Source of the DNA: Felis catus
Taxonomy: Eukaryota
Direction of reading: 5' to 3'
DNA length: 64,000 bases
NCBI RefSeq assembly: GCF_018350175.1
Contig: NC_058368.1
Span: 225,434,001-225,498,000 of the forward strand
The notes under the pieces were generated by a model. It made no database searches. It was not told the origin of the DNA and was given only the letters and a program-made list of their open reading frames with translations. Both the position numbers and the translations under genes were made by a program. How positions within the stretch are numbered: position 1 is the first letter of the stretch; each line of letters opens with the position of its first letter. Positions 63,040 to 64,000 of this stretch are shown one piece after another.

Positions 63040-63780
63040 AATCAATATAGGCCGGTTGGTAGAAGGTGATGAAGACAGTGAAGATTTAGTTTGGGCACGT
63101 GAAGGGGGAGAAGGAACCCGGGGAGGAAACAATCAACAGGGGTGTGGGAATACGTGGCTGGAGTTACGGACGTGGGATCAATTTCCGAGGAGACCGGAAG
63201 TGACGGACCGCGTGCGGCAGCCACGTGAGCGTGGGGAAGAGGAAGTGTGTTTAGGATTGAGTGTATTTCAGAGGCGGAAGGAGAGCAGGGGCCCGTAAAA
63301 GTGGCAGCGAAAGTGCTCCAAGAGACGCGGAAGCCGGACAAATGCAGCGCTCTCAAAGCTAGGCAGGACTGGCTACGTAATTTTCAGGGCCCCGTGCAAA
63401 ACAGAAGAACGGGGCCCCTTGTTCAGAAGTCGGTGAGGAGTTTGAGACATCACAACAGAGTATTAGCCCAAGCCCAGGGCCCCTTCTGAGCATCGGGTCC
63501 TGTGCGGCTCCCTCTCCAGGCTGCCGGCTCTGGAAGCTGGCCCGGGAGCTGAGAAGTTCGAGAGTTCCAGAGGAGGGGCGACGTCAAGGGAGATGACATT
63601 TGAGAACGGGCTGTTGAATTTGATTATTTCAAGGTCACGGTGATCTTCGCGAGGGTGGAATTGCGGGCAAATTATCTGATTGGAAGCGGTGGGAGAGCTG
63701 ATGGTTCAAAGAGGAAGGCATAGAAAGTGACAAGGATGGGGCTTGAAGAGATGGCCCAGTAGTTCAGAGAGCAAGTAGGT
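63040..63780 (-). mobile_element. L2-like fragment split by MER45A
   Basis: GTCAAGGGAGATGAC, TTGAATTTG, AGGTCACGGTGATCTT resemble the L2 body; purine-rich. Confidence 0.5.
63364..63544 (-). mobile_element. MER45A MITE
   Basis: GGCTACGTAATTTTCAGGGCCCCGTGCAAAA, GGGCCCTTCTGAGCA, GAAGCTGGCCC. Confidence 0.8.
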
Positions 63781-63813
63781 TAGGAAACATCCATGTATTT
63801 AAAATTTATTTTA

Positions 63814-64000
63814 GGGGCGCCTTGGTGGCTCAGTCGGTTGAGCGTCCGACTTGGGCTCAGGTCATGATCTCACGGCTCGTGAGTTCGAGCCCCATGTCGG
63901 GCTCTGTGCTGACGGCTCGGAGCCTGGAGCCTGCTTTGGATTCTGTGTCTCGCTCTCTCTCTGCCCCTAACCCACTCGCATTTTGTCTCTGTCTGTCTCT
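63814..64000 (+). mobile_element. Can-SINE (runs off the window end)
   Basis: Canonical head and body. Confidence 0.95.

Noticed and set aside
1..64000. CRISPR array, operon or novel multi-gene system
   Set aside because: The recurring sequences are dispersed, TSD-flanked SINEs in a mammalian genome; there is no regularly spaced repeat-spacer array and no gene cluster.

Overview
This is mammalian genomic DNA from a cat-family (Felidae) genome, identified by the tRNA-derived SINEC_Fc-type Can-SINEs. I found no credible protein-coding exon, RNA gene or CRISPR array. The longer ORFs I inspected trace to SINE (CT)n/(GA)n tracts, microsatellites, TE fragments or chance. The window reads as intergenic or deep intronic and is dominated by repeats: about 39 Can-SINEs (several nested, six of a young subfamily with intact TSDs), L1 and L2 fragments, MIRs, MaLR/ERVL LTRs (MLT1, MLT2), and hAT/Tigger DNA-transposon fossils, including four MER45-family copies. 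Repeat names come from remembered consensus features, so subfamily labels and boundaries are approximate. I see no evidence for a new biological system. The best leads are modest: two CpG-retaining transcription-factor motif clusters (33.2-33.5 kb and 63.15-63.45 kb), a 143-bp perfectly alternating purine/pyrimidine tract containing a 41-bp perfect inverted repeat, a direct-plus-inverted templated micro-duplication, and several TE nesting or deletion scars.
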